From NCBI GenBank assembly GCA_021295965.1, contig JAGWBI010000012.1, positions 1 through 58,591 on the forward strand: DNA of 58,591 bases. Direction: 5' to 3'. Under the pieces are notes generated by a model that was not told the origin of the DNA, made no database searches, and saw only the letters and a program-made list of their open reading frames with translations. The stretch's first letter is position 1; every line of letters starts with the position of its first letter. The stretch is from Dehalococcoidia bacterium. Its GTDB lineage: Bacteria; Chloroflexota; Dehalococcoidia; Lucifugimonadales; UBA3495. Made by a program: the position numbers and the translations under genes. Below, one piece after another: positions 20,764 to 30,160 of the stretch.

Positions 20764-21990
20764 ATGGCAGTGCAACCCTACTCCATCAGCGTATCCGATG
20801 ACGTGCTGGAAGACCTCAGGCACCGGCTGGCCCACGTCCGCTGGCCCGACGAAATCCCCGGCGCCGAGTGGGATTACGGTTCCAACCTGGACTACATCAA
20901 GGAACTGGTCTCCTACTGGCGCGACGGCTACGACTGGCGCAAGGCCGAGGCCGGCCTCAATGCCTTCGCCAACTTCTACACCACCATCGAGGGCCAGGGC
21001 ATCCACTTCATCCACGAGAAGGGCAAAGGCCCCAACCCCATGCCAATCATCGTGACCCATGGCTGGCCCGGTTCCATCTACGAGATGCACAAGATCATCC
21101 CCTTACTCACCGACCCGGCCAGCCACGGCGGCGACCCGGCCGACTCATTCGACGTGGTCGTGCCCTCAATGCCGGGCTACGGCTTCAGCGCCCAAACCCG
21201 CGAGCGTGGCGTCAACACCCGCCGCATTGCCGAGCTGTGGGACAGGCTGATGGCCGGTGAGCTGGGCTACCAGCGCTACGCTGCCCAGGGCGGCGACTGG
21301 GGCGCCGGCGTAACCGCCCGGTTGGGTTACCACCATGCCAACCACGTGCTGGGCATCCATACCACCTCCGTCACCCAAGCGATCCCCTACCAGGGCGCCA
21401 GCCTGGAGGGCCTGAGTATGCGGGAGCGGCTGGAGCAGGTCATCGGCACACCCCAGGGCGGCTACCGCCGTGACTTCGCCGCCACGCTGTCCGACGACGA
21501 GCTGGGCATGATTGACCAGCGGGTCTCGTGGCAGGCCGCCGAGGGCGGCTACGCCCATATCCAGGGCACCAAGCCCCAGACCCTTGCCTATGGCCTCAAC
21601 GACTCTCCCGTCGGCCTGTGCGCCTGGATCGTCGAGAAGTACCGCACCTGGAGCGACTGCAACGGCGATGTGGAAAGCGTGTACACCAAAGACGACCTGC
21701 TGACCACCGTGATGATTTACTGGGTCACCCAGACCATCAACTCCAGCACGCGCCTGTACTACGAGAACAGCCGGACGCCCTGGTACTTCGGGCCCGACGA
21801 CCAGATCGGCGTCCCCTGCGCCATCGCGGTGTTCCCCAAGGAACTGTCCACGCCCCCGCGCTCCTGGGCGGAGCGCACCTACAACGTGCAACGCTGGACG
21901 GAAATGGACAGCGGCGGTCACTTCGCGGCGCTGGAAAAGCCGACGGAACTGGTCGCCGATATGCGGGAGTTTTTCCGTGGGCTGCGATAA
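20764..21990 (+). CDS. Epoxide hydrolase (EHN-domain alpha/beta hydrolase)
   Basis: YWRDGYDWR, THGWPGS, QGGDWG nucleophile motif, GGHFAALE. Confidence 0.93.
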   Translation: MAVQPYSISVSDDVLEDLRHRLAHVRWPDEIPGAEWDYGSNLDYIKELVSYWRDGYDWRKAEAGLNAFANFYTTIEGQGIHFIHEKGKGPNPMPIIVTHGWPGSIYEMHKIIPLLTDPASHGGDPADSFDVVVPSMPGYGFSAQTRERGVNTRRIAELWDRLMAGELGYQRYAAQGGDWGAGVTARLGYHHANHVLGIHTTSVTQAIPYQGASLEGLSMRERLEQVIGTPQGGYRRDFAATLSDDELGMIDQRVSWQAAEGGYAHIQGTKPQTLAYGLNDSPVGLCAWIVEKYRTWSDCNGDVESVYTKDDLLTTVMIYWVTQTINSSTRLYYENSRTPWYFGPDDQIGVPCAIAVFPKELSTPPRSWAERTYNVQRWTEMDSGGHFAALEKPTELVADMREFFRGLR

Positions 21991-22097
21991 GGGGAACCCT
22001 TGCTGACATCCTCCGCAAAACCCGTTAACATATTCCGCACCATCACCTCGCACCGGAGGCCGACCGACACGGCCATCAACAAGGAGGAACCCGTTAC

Positions 22098-23267
22098 ATG
22101 ATTACCAAGTTTGGCAGCCTTTGGGCCGGCAACGTCGATATGGACAACCCCGGCTACCAGGGCACTCCCGCCAACGACCGCTGGCTTTCCGACGAGGAAC
22201 TGGCCGGCGGCGGCATCGAAAAGGCCGAGCAGATTGCCATTGCCATGGACCGCCTGGGTTACGACACGTTCTGGGCGGCCGAGCATCACTTCCAGCGGGA
22301 GGGCTACGAGGTTATTCCCAACCTCCTGATGCTGTGGGTGCACCTGGCCCACTTGACCGAGAACCTGCGCTTCGGCTGCGGCTTCAACATCAACCCCATG
22401 TGGAACCCCCTGCGCCTGGCCGAGGACTACGCCACCGCCGACTGGCTCACCGATGGCCGCGTCCGCTTCGGCGTGGGCCGCGGCTACCACACCCGCGAGG
22501 TGGAGGTCTTCGGCGCGCCCATCATGGACCAGAACGCCAACCGCGAGCTCTTTGAGGAGCAGGTGGAAGTCATCTGGAAGGCATTCAATCAGCGCAGTTT
22601 CTCGCACCACGGCAAGAACTACGACATTCCGCCCAACGTACCCTATCGCGGCTACGACCTGGAAGAGATCACCCTGGTTCCCCGGCCGAAGTACGATGTC
22701 GAGTGGTGGCAGCCGGTGGTGTCGGCCAGCGACCGGGCCATCAACTTCATGGCAAAATGGGGCATCAAGGGCATCATCGGCGGCGGCGCGGCCACCGGCG
22801 GAGCCAGCGACGAGGTCATTCATCGTTGGCAGGCCATCCACGCCGAGCATGGCAAGGAATGGGAACTGGGCGAAGGTCTGGCAGTTGGGTATTCCGTGCA
22901 GATTGCCAACTCAGAGAAGGAAGCCATGGACCAGGCCCGCTACTGGATGGAGGAGCGGGTCAAGATGTTCGGCCCGCTGGGATTCATTGCCGGATTGACC
23001 CAGGAGCAACTGGACGCGCTGAACGCCTTTGGCCGGCCCGTGCCACAGGGTCTGAAGATGCCGACCATCGAGGACTCGGTGGAGGCAGGTCAGTACCTGG
23101 TGGGCCCGCCCGACCGCATCACCGAGCAGTTGATGGCTATCCAGGAACGCTACCCCGGCCTGGAAGAGATCAACATCGGCGTCACCAACATGGGCATGCC
23201 CACTTCGGCGTCGCTGGACCAGTTGGAGTGGTTCGCCCGGGACGTGATGCCGCACTTCAACAAGTAG
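22098..23267 (+). CDS. LLM-class (luciferase-like) flavin-dependent oxidoreductase
   Basis: WAAEHHF, PLRLAEDYATAD, GRVRFGVGRGY, FARDVMPHF. Confidence 0.92.
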   Translation: MITKFGSLWAGNVDMDNPGYQGTPANDRWLSDEELAGGGIEKAEQIAIAMDRLGYDTFWAAEHHFQREGYEVIPNLLMLWVHLAHLTENLRFGCGFNINPMWNPLRLAEDYATADWLTDGRVRFGVGRGYHTREVEVFGAPIMDQNANRELFEEQVEVIWKAFNQRSFSHHGKNYDIPPNVPYRGYDLEEITLVPRPKYDVEWWQPVVSASDRAINFMAKWGIKGIIGGGAATGGASDEVIHRWQAIHAEHGKEWELGEGLAVGYSVQIANSEKEAMDQARYWMEERVKMFGPLGFIAGLTQEQLDALNAFGRPVPQGLKMPTIEDSVEAGQYLVGPPDRITEQLMAIQERYPGLEEINIGVTNMGMPTSASLDQLEWFARDVMPHFNK

Positions 23268-23315
23268 GGTGCGAATAACGGACCGCTGATCCGCTTGCGG
23301 ACTGCGAATGATCAT

Positions 23316-23344
23316 GTAGGGGCGGCGGATAACGTCGCCTCTAC
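23316..23344. repeat. GTAG-type REP-like palindrome variant
   Basis: GTAGGGGCGGCG-GATAA-CGTCGCCTCTAC. Confidence 0.6.
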
Positions 23345-23352
23345 CACTGTGT

Positions 23353-24387
23353 ATGGAAGTGGAACGCGCTTTGCCGCCTGAGCCAACCTGCCCCACCGCG
23401 GTCGTGGGCGCCACCACCTGGGGCACGACCCTGGCCATCCTGACCGCCCGGGCCGGCGTTCCAGTCACTCTGCTCTGCCGGACGCCCGAGGAGGCGGACG
23501 CCCTGCGCCGAGCCGGCGAACATACCCGTCGCCTGCCCGGGGTCCCATTCCCTTCCGACATGTCGGTGCAGGACGACCCCGAAACGGCGCTCGGCGATGC
23601 CAGGTTGGTGATCGTCGCCGTACCGTCCGACCGCTTCCGGGACAACCTGCGTCGCGTCGCGCGGCATGTGTCCCGCGATGCGGTCATCCTGAGCGTCACC
23701 AAAGGGCTGGAACTCCCCACCGGCCTCCGCATGAGCGAGGTGACCGCCCAGGAGTTGCCGGAGCATCCGACCCAACGGTTCGCCGCTCTGTCCGGCCCCA
23801 ACCTGGCCGGCGAGATAATCAGCGGCAAACCCGCCCTCAGCGTGGTGGCTTCCGAACACGAAGCAACCAGCCGCCTGGCCCAGGACACCCTGATGTCTCC
23901 CGCCTTCCGGGTCTATACCAGCGACGACCTGGTGGGGGTGGAGTTGGGCGGCGCATTGAAGAACATCATCGCTCTCGCGGCTGGCATGGCGGACGGCCTG
24001 AACGCTGGCGATAACGCCAAGGCTGCCCTGGTCACCCGTGGCCTCAATGAAATCGGCCGCCTGGGCATCGCCGCCGGCGCCGAGTTGATGACCTTCGCCG
24101 GGCTGGCCGGTCTGGGCGACGTCATGGCAACCTGCAACAGCCCGCTGAGCCGGAACCGTCGCGTGGGCGAGGAACTTGCCAAGGGCCGCCAGCTGCCCGA
24201 GATCCTGGCCGGCATGGATGCCGTGGCCGAGGGCGTCAACACCACCGTGGCAGCCCTGGAGATGGCGGAGCGGCTGGACGTGGACATGCCCATCACGCGC
24301 CTGATGTCACAGGTACTGTTCGAGGGCCTGCCCGCCGCCGAGTGCATTCCCGTGCTGATGGAACGCCCGCCCCGGTCGGAGTGGTAA
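23353..24387 (+). CDS. gpsA: NAD(P)H-dependent glycerol-3-phosphate dehydrogenase
   Basis: VTKGLE, LSGPNLA, GVELGGALKN, GLAGLGD, SRNRRVG, VAEGV. Confidence 0.95.
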   Translation: MEVERALPPEPTCPTAVVGATTWGTTLAILTARAGVPVTLLCRTPEEADALRRAGEHTRRLPGVPFPSDMSVQDDPETALGDARLVIVAVPSDRFRDNLRRVARHVSRDAVILSVTKGLELPTGLRMSEVTAQELPEHPTQRFAALSGPNLAGEIISGKPALSVVASEHEATSRLAQDTLMSPAFRVYTSDDLVGVELGGALKNIIALAAGMADGLNAGDNAKAALVTRGLNEIGRLGIAAGAELMTFAGLAGLGDVMATCNSPLSRNRRVGEELAKGRQLPEILAGMDAVAEGVNTTVAALEMAERLDVDMPITRLMSQVLFEGLPAAECIPVLMERPPRSEW

Positions 24388-24454
24388 TGGTGGCGAGTCT
24401 GGTATGATAAATGTGTAGCATAAAGTAGCCGCACATCAGGTCAGGCAACCGGAT

Positions 24455-25150
24455 ATGGTCACTTCACACGAACCGAACGAAGACCGCCTTGACCGGGTTG
24501 AGCGCATCCTGGCCGAAACGGTTGCGGGCCTGGCCGAGGCAAGAACTGCCCTGGCCGAGGCCGCCGCCACCCAGGCCGAGGCCGCCGCCGCCAGCGATGA
24601 GCGGTTGACGCGAATGGAAGCCATGGTCGAGGCGAACACCGCCGCCATCGCTGCGCTTGGCGAGCGCGTTGATCAACTCTCCGAGCAGCAACAGCGCACA
24701 AATCAGGATATGTCCGTCATCAAGGGATGGCAGACCGAACTCACGGTGGAGCGCAACGCCGGGAAGATTTTCCGTCGCCTGTCGCCCCGGGGTTCTTTGA
24801 TGCGCATTTATCCAAAGGACGAACTGGCCCACTACATCAGCCGCGGAACCCGCCACGATTTCATTACTGCCGCCGAAGGGGAAGACGCCACTGCCATAGA
24901 CTTCCTGATGGAAGGAACCGACCACACCGGCGCGCCCGTGATGTTCGCCTTAGAGGTGTCCTACACCGCCGGTTTCACGGATATCGAACGCGCTGTCAGA
25001 AGGGCTCCCCTACTGGCTAAAATGCTGGGCCGGGAAACAGTGATCCCCGCCGTTGCCGCGGAAGTCATCAGCGAGCGGTTCGAGGAAAGCGCACGCGACT
25101 ATAAAATCAGTTGGGCCTATGTTCCCAATGGCAACCGCATCATGCAGTAA
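24455..25150 (+). CDS. Hypothetical coiled-coil protein with possible PD-(D/E)xK-like C-terminal domain
   Basis: Ala/Glu-rich heptad N-terminus, then IDFL...LEVS...DIERAVRRA...IPAV. Confidence 0.65.
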   Translation: MVTSHEPNEDRLDRVERILAETVAGLAEARTALAEAAATQAEAAAASDERLTRMEAMVEANTAAIAALGERVDQLSEQQQRTNQDMSVIKGWQTELTVERNAGKIFRRLSPRGSLMRIYPKDELAHYISRGTRHDFITAAEGEDATAIDFLMEGTDHTGAPVMFALEVSYTAGFTDIERAVRRAPLLAKMLGRETVIPAVAAEVISERFEESARDYKISWAYVPNGNRIMQ

Positions 25151-25164
25151 CCCTGGCGCTGACA

Positions 25165-26085
25165 CTACCGCAGCTCTCGCGGCAGGGTGAAGGTGATGTC
25201 CTCTTCGGCTCCTTCCAGCAGCGTCACGCGCTCCGGTTCCAAGGCGTCGATCACCGCCTCCACCAGGACCTCAGGCGTGGATGCGCCGGAGGTTATGCCC
25301 ACCCGCTGGCGTCCGACCAGCCACTCCCGGTTGATTTCGTCAGGCCCGTTGATCAGGTATGCCGGCACGCCGTTGGCCTCGGCGACCTCCCGCAGGCGGT
25401 TGCAGTTGGATGAGTTCTGCGCCCCGATTACCAGCACCAGGTCAACCTGGCTGGCCATGGTGGTAACGGCATCCTGCCGGTTGGTGGTGGCGTAGCAGAT
25501 GTCGTTACGTACCAGGGCGGAGGGAAACCGCTCCTGGATGGCGCTGATGGCGTTGGCCGTGTCGCCCACCGAAAGAGTGGTCTGCGTGATGACGGCCACC
25601 TCGGTGTCCTCCGACCAGTTCATATCCGCGCTGACTGCCTGTTCCGACAGCGGTGCGGAGTCGTTGATCAGCGTCATGGGCGCCTGCCCCATGGTGCCCC
25701 TCACCTCCTGATGCCCCTGGTGACCCACCAGCAGGACGCGTTTGCCCTCACGGTGATACTTCTTGGCTTCGTTGTGCACCCGCGTCACCAGGGGACACAC
25801 GGCGTCGATGACGCGGAGATTTCGGGCGCCGGCTCGCTCGAAGTCCTCCGGCGGCGAGCCGTGGGCGGAGAAGACCACCAGCGAGCCGTCGGGGACCTCG
25901 TCCACCTCCTCCACCGTGATGGCGCCCTTGCGCTCCAGTTCGGCCACCACGTAGGGATTGTGAACGATCTGGTGCTTCACGTACACGGGCGGCCCGAACC
26001 GCTCCAGGCATTGCTCGACCACGTCGATGGCTCGCACCACACCGGCGCAGAAACCGCGGGGGGAACTGAGGACTACTTCAACCAT
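25165..26085 (-). CDS. ispH: 4-hydroxy-3-methylbut-2-enyl diphosphate reductase
   Basis: PRGFCAGV, IVHN, SAHG, DAVCPLV, HQEV, QTT, ICYATTNRQ, SSN, GASTP. Confidence 0.97.
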   Translation of the reverse strand: MVEVVLSSPRGFCAGVVRAIDVVEQCLERFGPPVYVKHQIVHNPYVVAELERKGAITVEEVDEVPDGSLVVFSAHGSPPEDFERAGARNLRVIDAVCPLVTRVHNEAKKYHREGKRVLLVGHQGHQEVRGTMGQAPMTLINDSAPLSEQAVSADMNWSEDTEVAVITQTTLSVGDTANAISAIQERFPSALVRNDICYATTNRQDAVTTMASQVDLVLVIGAQNSSNCNRLREVAEANGVPAYLINGPDEINREWLVGRQRVGITSGASTPEVLVEAVIDALEPERVTLLEGAEEDITFTLPRELR

Positions 26086-26120
26086 ATTCGCTACGCTCTC
26101 CAATCCATGTCGCCTACGCG

Positions 26121-26145
26121 GGGGCGAATGATTATTCGCCCCTAC
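26121..26145. repeat. GTAG-type REP-like palindrome
   Basis: GGGGCGAAT-GATT-ATTCGCCCCTAC. Confidence 0.8.
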
Positions 26146-26177
26146 GAAGGTTTTCAATCATGGTCACCGGGGGATGG

Positions 26178-27353
26178 CTAGGCCGGGTCCGGCTCCCAGC
26201 CCCAAGGGCGCGGGCCCCATCCGGCCTCGAAGACCTCGCCGCGCTTGACCGACAGCACGGGCGTAACGGCGCGATCCGACTGCCGGCCGTTGCCCAGCAC
26301 GTCAAACACCTGCCAGTCGCCATCCACGATGTCCAGCACGGACACGTCGGCCTGCTTGCCCGTTTCCAGGCTGCCCAACCGTTCTTCCTCGCCGATGGCG
26401 CGAGCCGGGTTGATGGTGCACATTTCCACCACCCGGTCCAGCGTGAACCCCATTGCCAGGAACCGGGTCATCATCTCGGTCATGCTGTGGACGGTGCGGA
26501 TGCGGCCCGGCACGGTGAGGTCGGTGCTGATGCAGTGGGGTTCCACGCCCTGGTCCAGCACACGCTCGCCAATGTCGAAGCTGAAGTTGGCGCGGCCGTG
26601 GGCGGTATCCAGCCAGACGCCGCGCTCGTGGGCCTCCCGCGCCTCCGGCACCAGGTTGCCGTCGCCGTCCAGCACGCCGCCCGGATTGGCGGTGAAGAAG
26701 TGCGTTACGATGTCGCCCGGTTCCATAATTGGCAGCAGGTCACGGATCACCTCGGCTGGATAGCGCTTTTCGGTGTCGCCGATGTGCACCATCAGGGGGA
26801 CGCCGGCCTCTTTGGCGGCCCGCTTGGCCAGGCGGGGCATCTCCATGCCCATGATCTCCAACGCCGGCGAGACCATGCGGGCCTTGACGCCGCGAATCGT
26901 GCCGTTGCTCTCCTCAATCACCTGTATGGTGCGTTCCAGATCGATGCTGCTGGGCGCGAAGATGTCGGGCGTGGTGGCCAGCCCGGTCCGGCAGATATGC
27001 AGGAAGGGAATGACCTCAGTGGCGTTGTTGGGGATGATGTGGGCCGGGAAGCCGCCGTAGGTGTCGCAGCCGCTGCTCCCGGCGTCCACCATGGTGGTGA
27101 CGCCGGCGCGGACGCCGCCCAGGTCGGCGTTGACGCCGTTGCCGTTGACCCCCTCGTACACGTGGGTATGCAGGTCGATGAGGCCCGGGATGACGTACTT
27201 GCCGCGTACCTCGACGACCCGGGTTGCCTGGTCGGACGGGATGTCGGCGGCGACGGCGACAATCTTGCCGTCTTCGATGGCGACGTCGTAAGCGCCGTTC
27301 AAGTTCTGCGTCGGGTCAATTACCGTACCGCCTTTGATGAGCAGATCGTACAT
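26178..27353 (-). CDS. Amidohydrolase/deacetylase-family metallohydrolase (dihydroorotase-like)
   Basis: PGLIDLHTH, GVTTMVDAGS, carbamylatable Lys in GVKAR, MVHIG, VTH, ISTD. Confidence 0.9.
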   Translation of the reverse strand: MYDLLIKGGTVIDPTQNLNGAYDVAIEDGKIVAVAADIPSDQATRVVEVRGKYVIPGLIDLHTHVYEGVNGNGVNADLGGVRAGVTTMVDAGSSGCDTYGGFPAHIIPNNATEVIPFLHICRTGLATTPDIFAPSSIDLERTIQVIEESNGTIRGVKARMVSPALEIMGMEMPRLAKRAAKEAGVPLMVHIGDTEKRYPAEVIRDLLPIMEPGDIVTHFFTANPGGVLDGDGNLVPEAREAHERGVWLDTAHGRANFSFDIGERVLDQGVEPHCISTDLTVPGRIRTVHSMTEMMTRFLAMGFTLDRVVEMCTINPARAIGEEERLGSLETGKQADVSVLDIVDGDWQVFDVLGNGRQSDRAVTPVLSVKRGEVFEAGWGPRPWGWEPDPA

Positions 27354-27459
27354 AAGCGATATCCCTCCGTGTCCTCCGGGTGCGGCAAGCGTAGTCAGCG
27401 CCGCCTTCGGTGTCAAGCAGAAATTCGTTCCTCATATTGGGGACGGCGGTGGGCGCGGA

Positions 27460-27678
27460 TCACCTGTTTCCGGGGCGATAGTCGTCGTCCGTATAGTGTT
27501 CATCGTCCTCATAGTAGTAATGCTCATCAAGATCATCAGGAGGACGCCGGAACCTACCCCAAATCCATTTGCCGGTTACTACCACCACCGCCAGCAGCAC
27601 CAGTCCACCAATCAGCCAAATGTCCAGATAGGCAAGAAATGACAGGTTCGTCGGCTCGACCTGGTTTTGGAGAGACAT
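27460..27678 (-). CDS. Small single-TM protein with acidic Tyr/Asp-rich tail
   Basis: One TM helix followed by RFRR and DDLDEHYYYEDDEHYTDDDY. Confidence 0.55.
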   Translation of the reverse strand: MSLQNQVEPTNLSFLAYLDIWLIGGLVLLAVVVVTGKWIWGRFRRPPDDLDEHYYYEDDEHYTDDDYRPGNR

Positions 27679-28238
27679 GGACAGTACGGTGGACAGGTTC
27701 ATTGGAATGTACCTATACGCTTACGCTCGTTGGGTATTTTCACATTTTCCGGCAATCTGGCGAAAGCAATCGCATCATGGCTAAAGGTACCCAGGAGCGA
27801 AATACCGATACCCAATCGGGGGTAAAAAAGGCCAGGTTGCGAATCGCGGCTTCATATTATCCCGGATGACAAATTTGCGGCGACGGGGAAATGGACCGCT
27901 TGCACACCGAAAGAGTCGTGGACGCTGCCTGTCGGTTGGCCCCATTGGTACTAAAAATTCCCCGGTGTATTCCGCCACCGTCACATGGGCATTGGCCGGG
28001 GTACGACGCACGGCCGGTTGCCGGCATCTGTTCCGCACAACCTCGTTAATCGCAAGCCTCTTGTCACGCTGGCGACGTTTAGGGTTTTCAGCATCCTGTC
28101 ATCAAGAAATCGCCGAATCTCGCATGATCTCCAATATGCCCCAATCCGACCATTGTAGAACAATGATGCCCCAAACGCGCCAAAGCAGCATCGTCACCGC
28201 GCGTCGGGGCGCTGCCATGTCGCCCACTGGTGGAGATC

Positions 28239-29168
28239 ATGAAGCAAACGGTGAACTCGTTCCTCCAGCATCTCGTCATCGAGCGAGGATTTTCCCAGAA
28301 CACGCTGGACGCCTACAGTAACGACCTCAACCAGTTCAGGGCATTCGTCGCCGACAACCTGAACTCCGAGGATCAGGAGGTCTGGCGTCTGGTGGACATC
28401 AATCTCCTCAACGCGTACATCAGCGAGTTGCGCGACAACCGCAAGTATCGCGATACGACCACCGCCCGCAAGGTGGCGGCGGTCCGGTCCTTCTTCGGGT
28501 ACCTCAGCGCCAACGGTTTCATCAACGAAGACCCCACCGAAAATCTGGGTTCGCCACGGGTGGGAAGATCCGTGCCCAAGTTCATCTCCGAAGACGACGT
28601 GAAGACGCTGCTGGCCACGGCGGCCGACACCGGCACCCCGGAGGGCAAGCGGGACGCGAGCATTCTGGAACTGCTCTACGCCACCGGGTTGCGCGTCAGC
28701 GAGCTCGTTGCCCTGAACGTGCAGGACATCGACTTTGAAGAGGGTTTCATCCGCACCTGGGGGAAGGGGTCCAAGGAACGCATCGTTTATCTGTACCCGG
28801 ACGCTCTCTCCAACCTGCGGGAATATATCGGAGGCGCACGGGTGGAACTGTTGGGCCAGAAACGGGGTGAGACGGCCCTTTACTTGAATCAGCGCGGCGA
28901 GCGGTTGACCCGTCAGTGGGTTTGGAACATTCTGAAGACGGCAGCCAAAGCCGCCGGCGTAGATCCCAAGATCACCCCTCATACCCTGCGGCACAGCTTC
29001 GCCACGCACCTGCTGCAGAACGGCGCGTCGCTGCGCCACGTACAGGAACTGCTGGGCCACTCCAGCATATCCACCACGCAGGTGTACACCCACCTCACCG
29101 ACTCCCATGTGCGAGAGGAATATGACCGCAGTCACCCTCGCGCCAAAGCGAAAGCCGCGCGCGAGTAG
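28239..29168 (+). CDS. xerD: Tyrosine recombinase XerD-like
   Basis: SQNTLDAY..DL, LYATGLRVSEL, GKGSKERIV, PHTLRHSFATHLL, QELLGHS...TTQVYTH. Confidence 0.9.
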   Translation: MKQTVNSFLQHLVIERGFSQNTLDAYSNDLNQFRAFVADNLNSEDQEVWRLVDINLLNAYISELRDNRKYRDTTTARKVAAVRSFFGYLSANGFINEDPTENLGSPRVGRSVPKFISEDDVKTLLATAADTGTPEGKRDASILELLYATGLRVSELVALNVQDIDFEEGFIRTWGKGSKERIVYLYPDALSNLREYIGGARVELLGQKRGETALYLNQRGERLTRQWVWNILKTAAKAAGVDPKITPHTLRHSFATHLLQNGASLRHVQELLGHSSISTTQVYTHLTDSHVREEYDRSHPRAKAKAARE

Positions 29169-29175
29169 TTTTCGA

Positions 29176-30003
29176 CTAACCCCGCCGCTCCAGGTTCCTG
29201 ATCGCCTCGTCGATGCGGCGTACCTGCTCGGCGTCGCCGGACGAGAGGCGGTAGCAGCGGTCCAGGTACAGTTGAGCCAGCTGCGCTCCGTTGGCGCTGG
29301 TATCCCCGGCGGCGTGCACCAGGGAGCCGATGCTGAACGCCTCGGGCAGGTGACGCCCCAGGGCTGTCATCTCCGCGATGATCTCGTCGATGGCAGAGGT
29401 ATCGTTGCCTTCCTGGGCGAAGCGCAGCCGGCCGAGCAGCCGCCCCATTTCGGCCAGTCGGTCGCCCTCGCTCATAAAGCTCCACAGTACCTCGTTGACG
29501 CCCAACCCGCCGGTATCAACCTCCCGGTCACCACCTCCCCCGGCCAGCAGACCAGAAACGGTTTCCGGCAGGGCTGCGTCATCGGCAGGGACGGATGCGG
29601 CGCCTCCGTCGGTGTCGGCCTGAGAGCAGGCATCGGAGTATTCTTGCACCGCTTGGGCCACGGATTCCATCATGCGCGCCAAATCATAGGAGAACATGTT
29701 GCCGCCATACACCAGGTCGTCGCCACGCCGGTTGGCGAGGCGCACCAGGTGGTCGTACCCGCCCTCCACCAACTCCGACATGGGGGGCATGGCGAAGGCA
29801 GAGAAATTGGCCAGCGGGCCCGATCCGCCGCTGCCCAAATGAGCGGCCAGGAACGGGGGCACGTACTTGGTCAGGTCGGCGGTGATAGGCAACGTGATGA
29901 TGTAGGTCCCATACACGCTGTCGGGCTCGGTATCAACACGGAAATATAGCAGCGCGTGTCCCCGAGGTCGTTGGGGATCACCGATTTCAAACTGGAGGTC
30001 CAT
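29176..30003 (-). CDS. Hypothetical protein
   Basis: 275-aa ORF with host-like codon use, divergent from comM. No family recognised. Confidence 0.75.
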   Translation of the reverse strand: MDLQFEIGDPQRPRGHALLYFRVDTEPDSVYGTYIITLPITADLTKYVPPFLAAHLGSGGSGPLANFSAFAMPPMSELVEGGYDHLVRLANRRGDDLVYGGNMFSYDLARMMESVAQAVQEYSDACSQADTDGGAASVPADDAALPETVSGLLAGGGGDREVDTGGLGVNEVLWSFMSEGDRLAEMGRLLGRLRFAQEGNDTSAIDEIIAEMTALGRHLPEAFSIGSLVHAAGDTSANGAQLAQLYLDRCYRLSSGDAEQVRRIDEAIRNLERRG

Positions 30004-30080
30004 GGGAAAAGTATAGTTTAGGCGTGCGCTAATGGCAAAGGGATTGACGCCGGGGATTTTTTACTGACAGCTCGTTGTTG

Positions 30081-30094
30081 CGAACACAAGTTCG
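30081..30094. promoter_or_regulatory. LexA (SOS) box, GAAC-N4-GTTC type
   Basis: CGAAC-ACAA-GTTCG palindrome abutting a GATAAT -10-like hexamer upstream of comM. Confidence 0.75.
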
Positions 30095-30160
30095 ATAATG
30101 GTAGGGTGGGAACGCCGAAGAAATAAACGGCTATCGAAACGAACTTGTGGAGGGGTCGAA

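Noticed and set aside
21385-21490. Apparent short insertion in the epoxide hydrolase cap region
   Set aside because: It falls in a naturally variable loop and cannot be judged unusual without an alignment.
26086-26157. N-terminal extension of IspH ([12 protein letters not shown]...)
   Set aside because: It is the translation of a REP palindrome. The same peptide appears in other spurious ORFs. True start is 26085.
27898-27960. c-di-GMP-I riboswitch-like string CGAAAGAGT..GGACGC..GCCT
   Set aside because: Lacks the GGCAAA and GCAAA conserved elements and convincing P2/P3 stems.
28239-29168. Tyrosine recombinase as a phage, island or integron integrase
   Set aside because: Size and motifs match housekeeping XerD. 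I found no tRNA, att repeats, attC array, phage genes or dif-like site.
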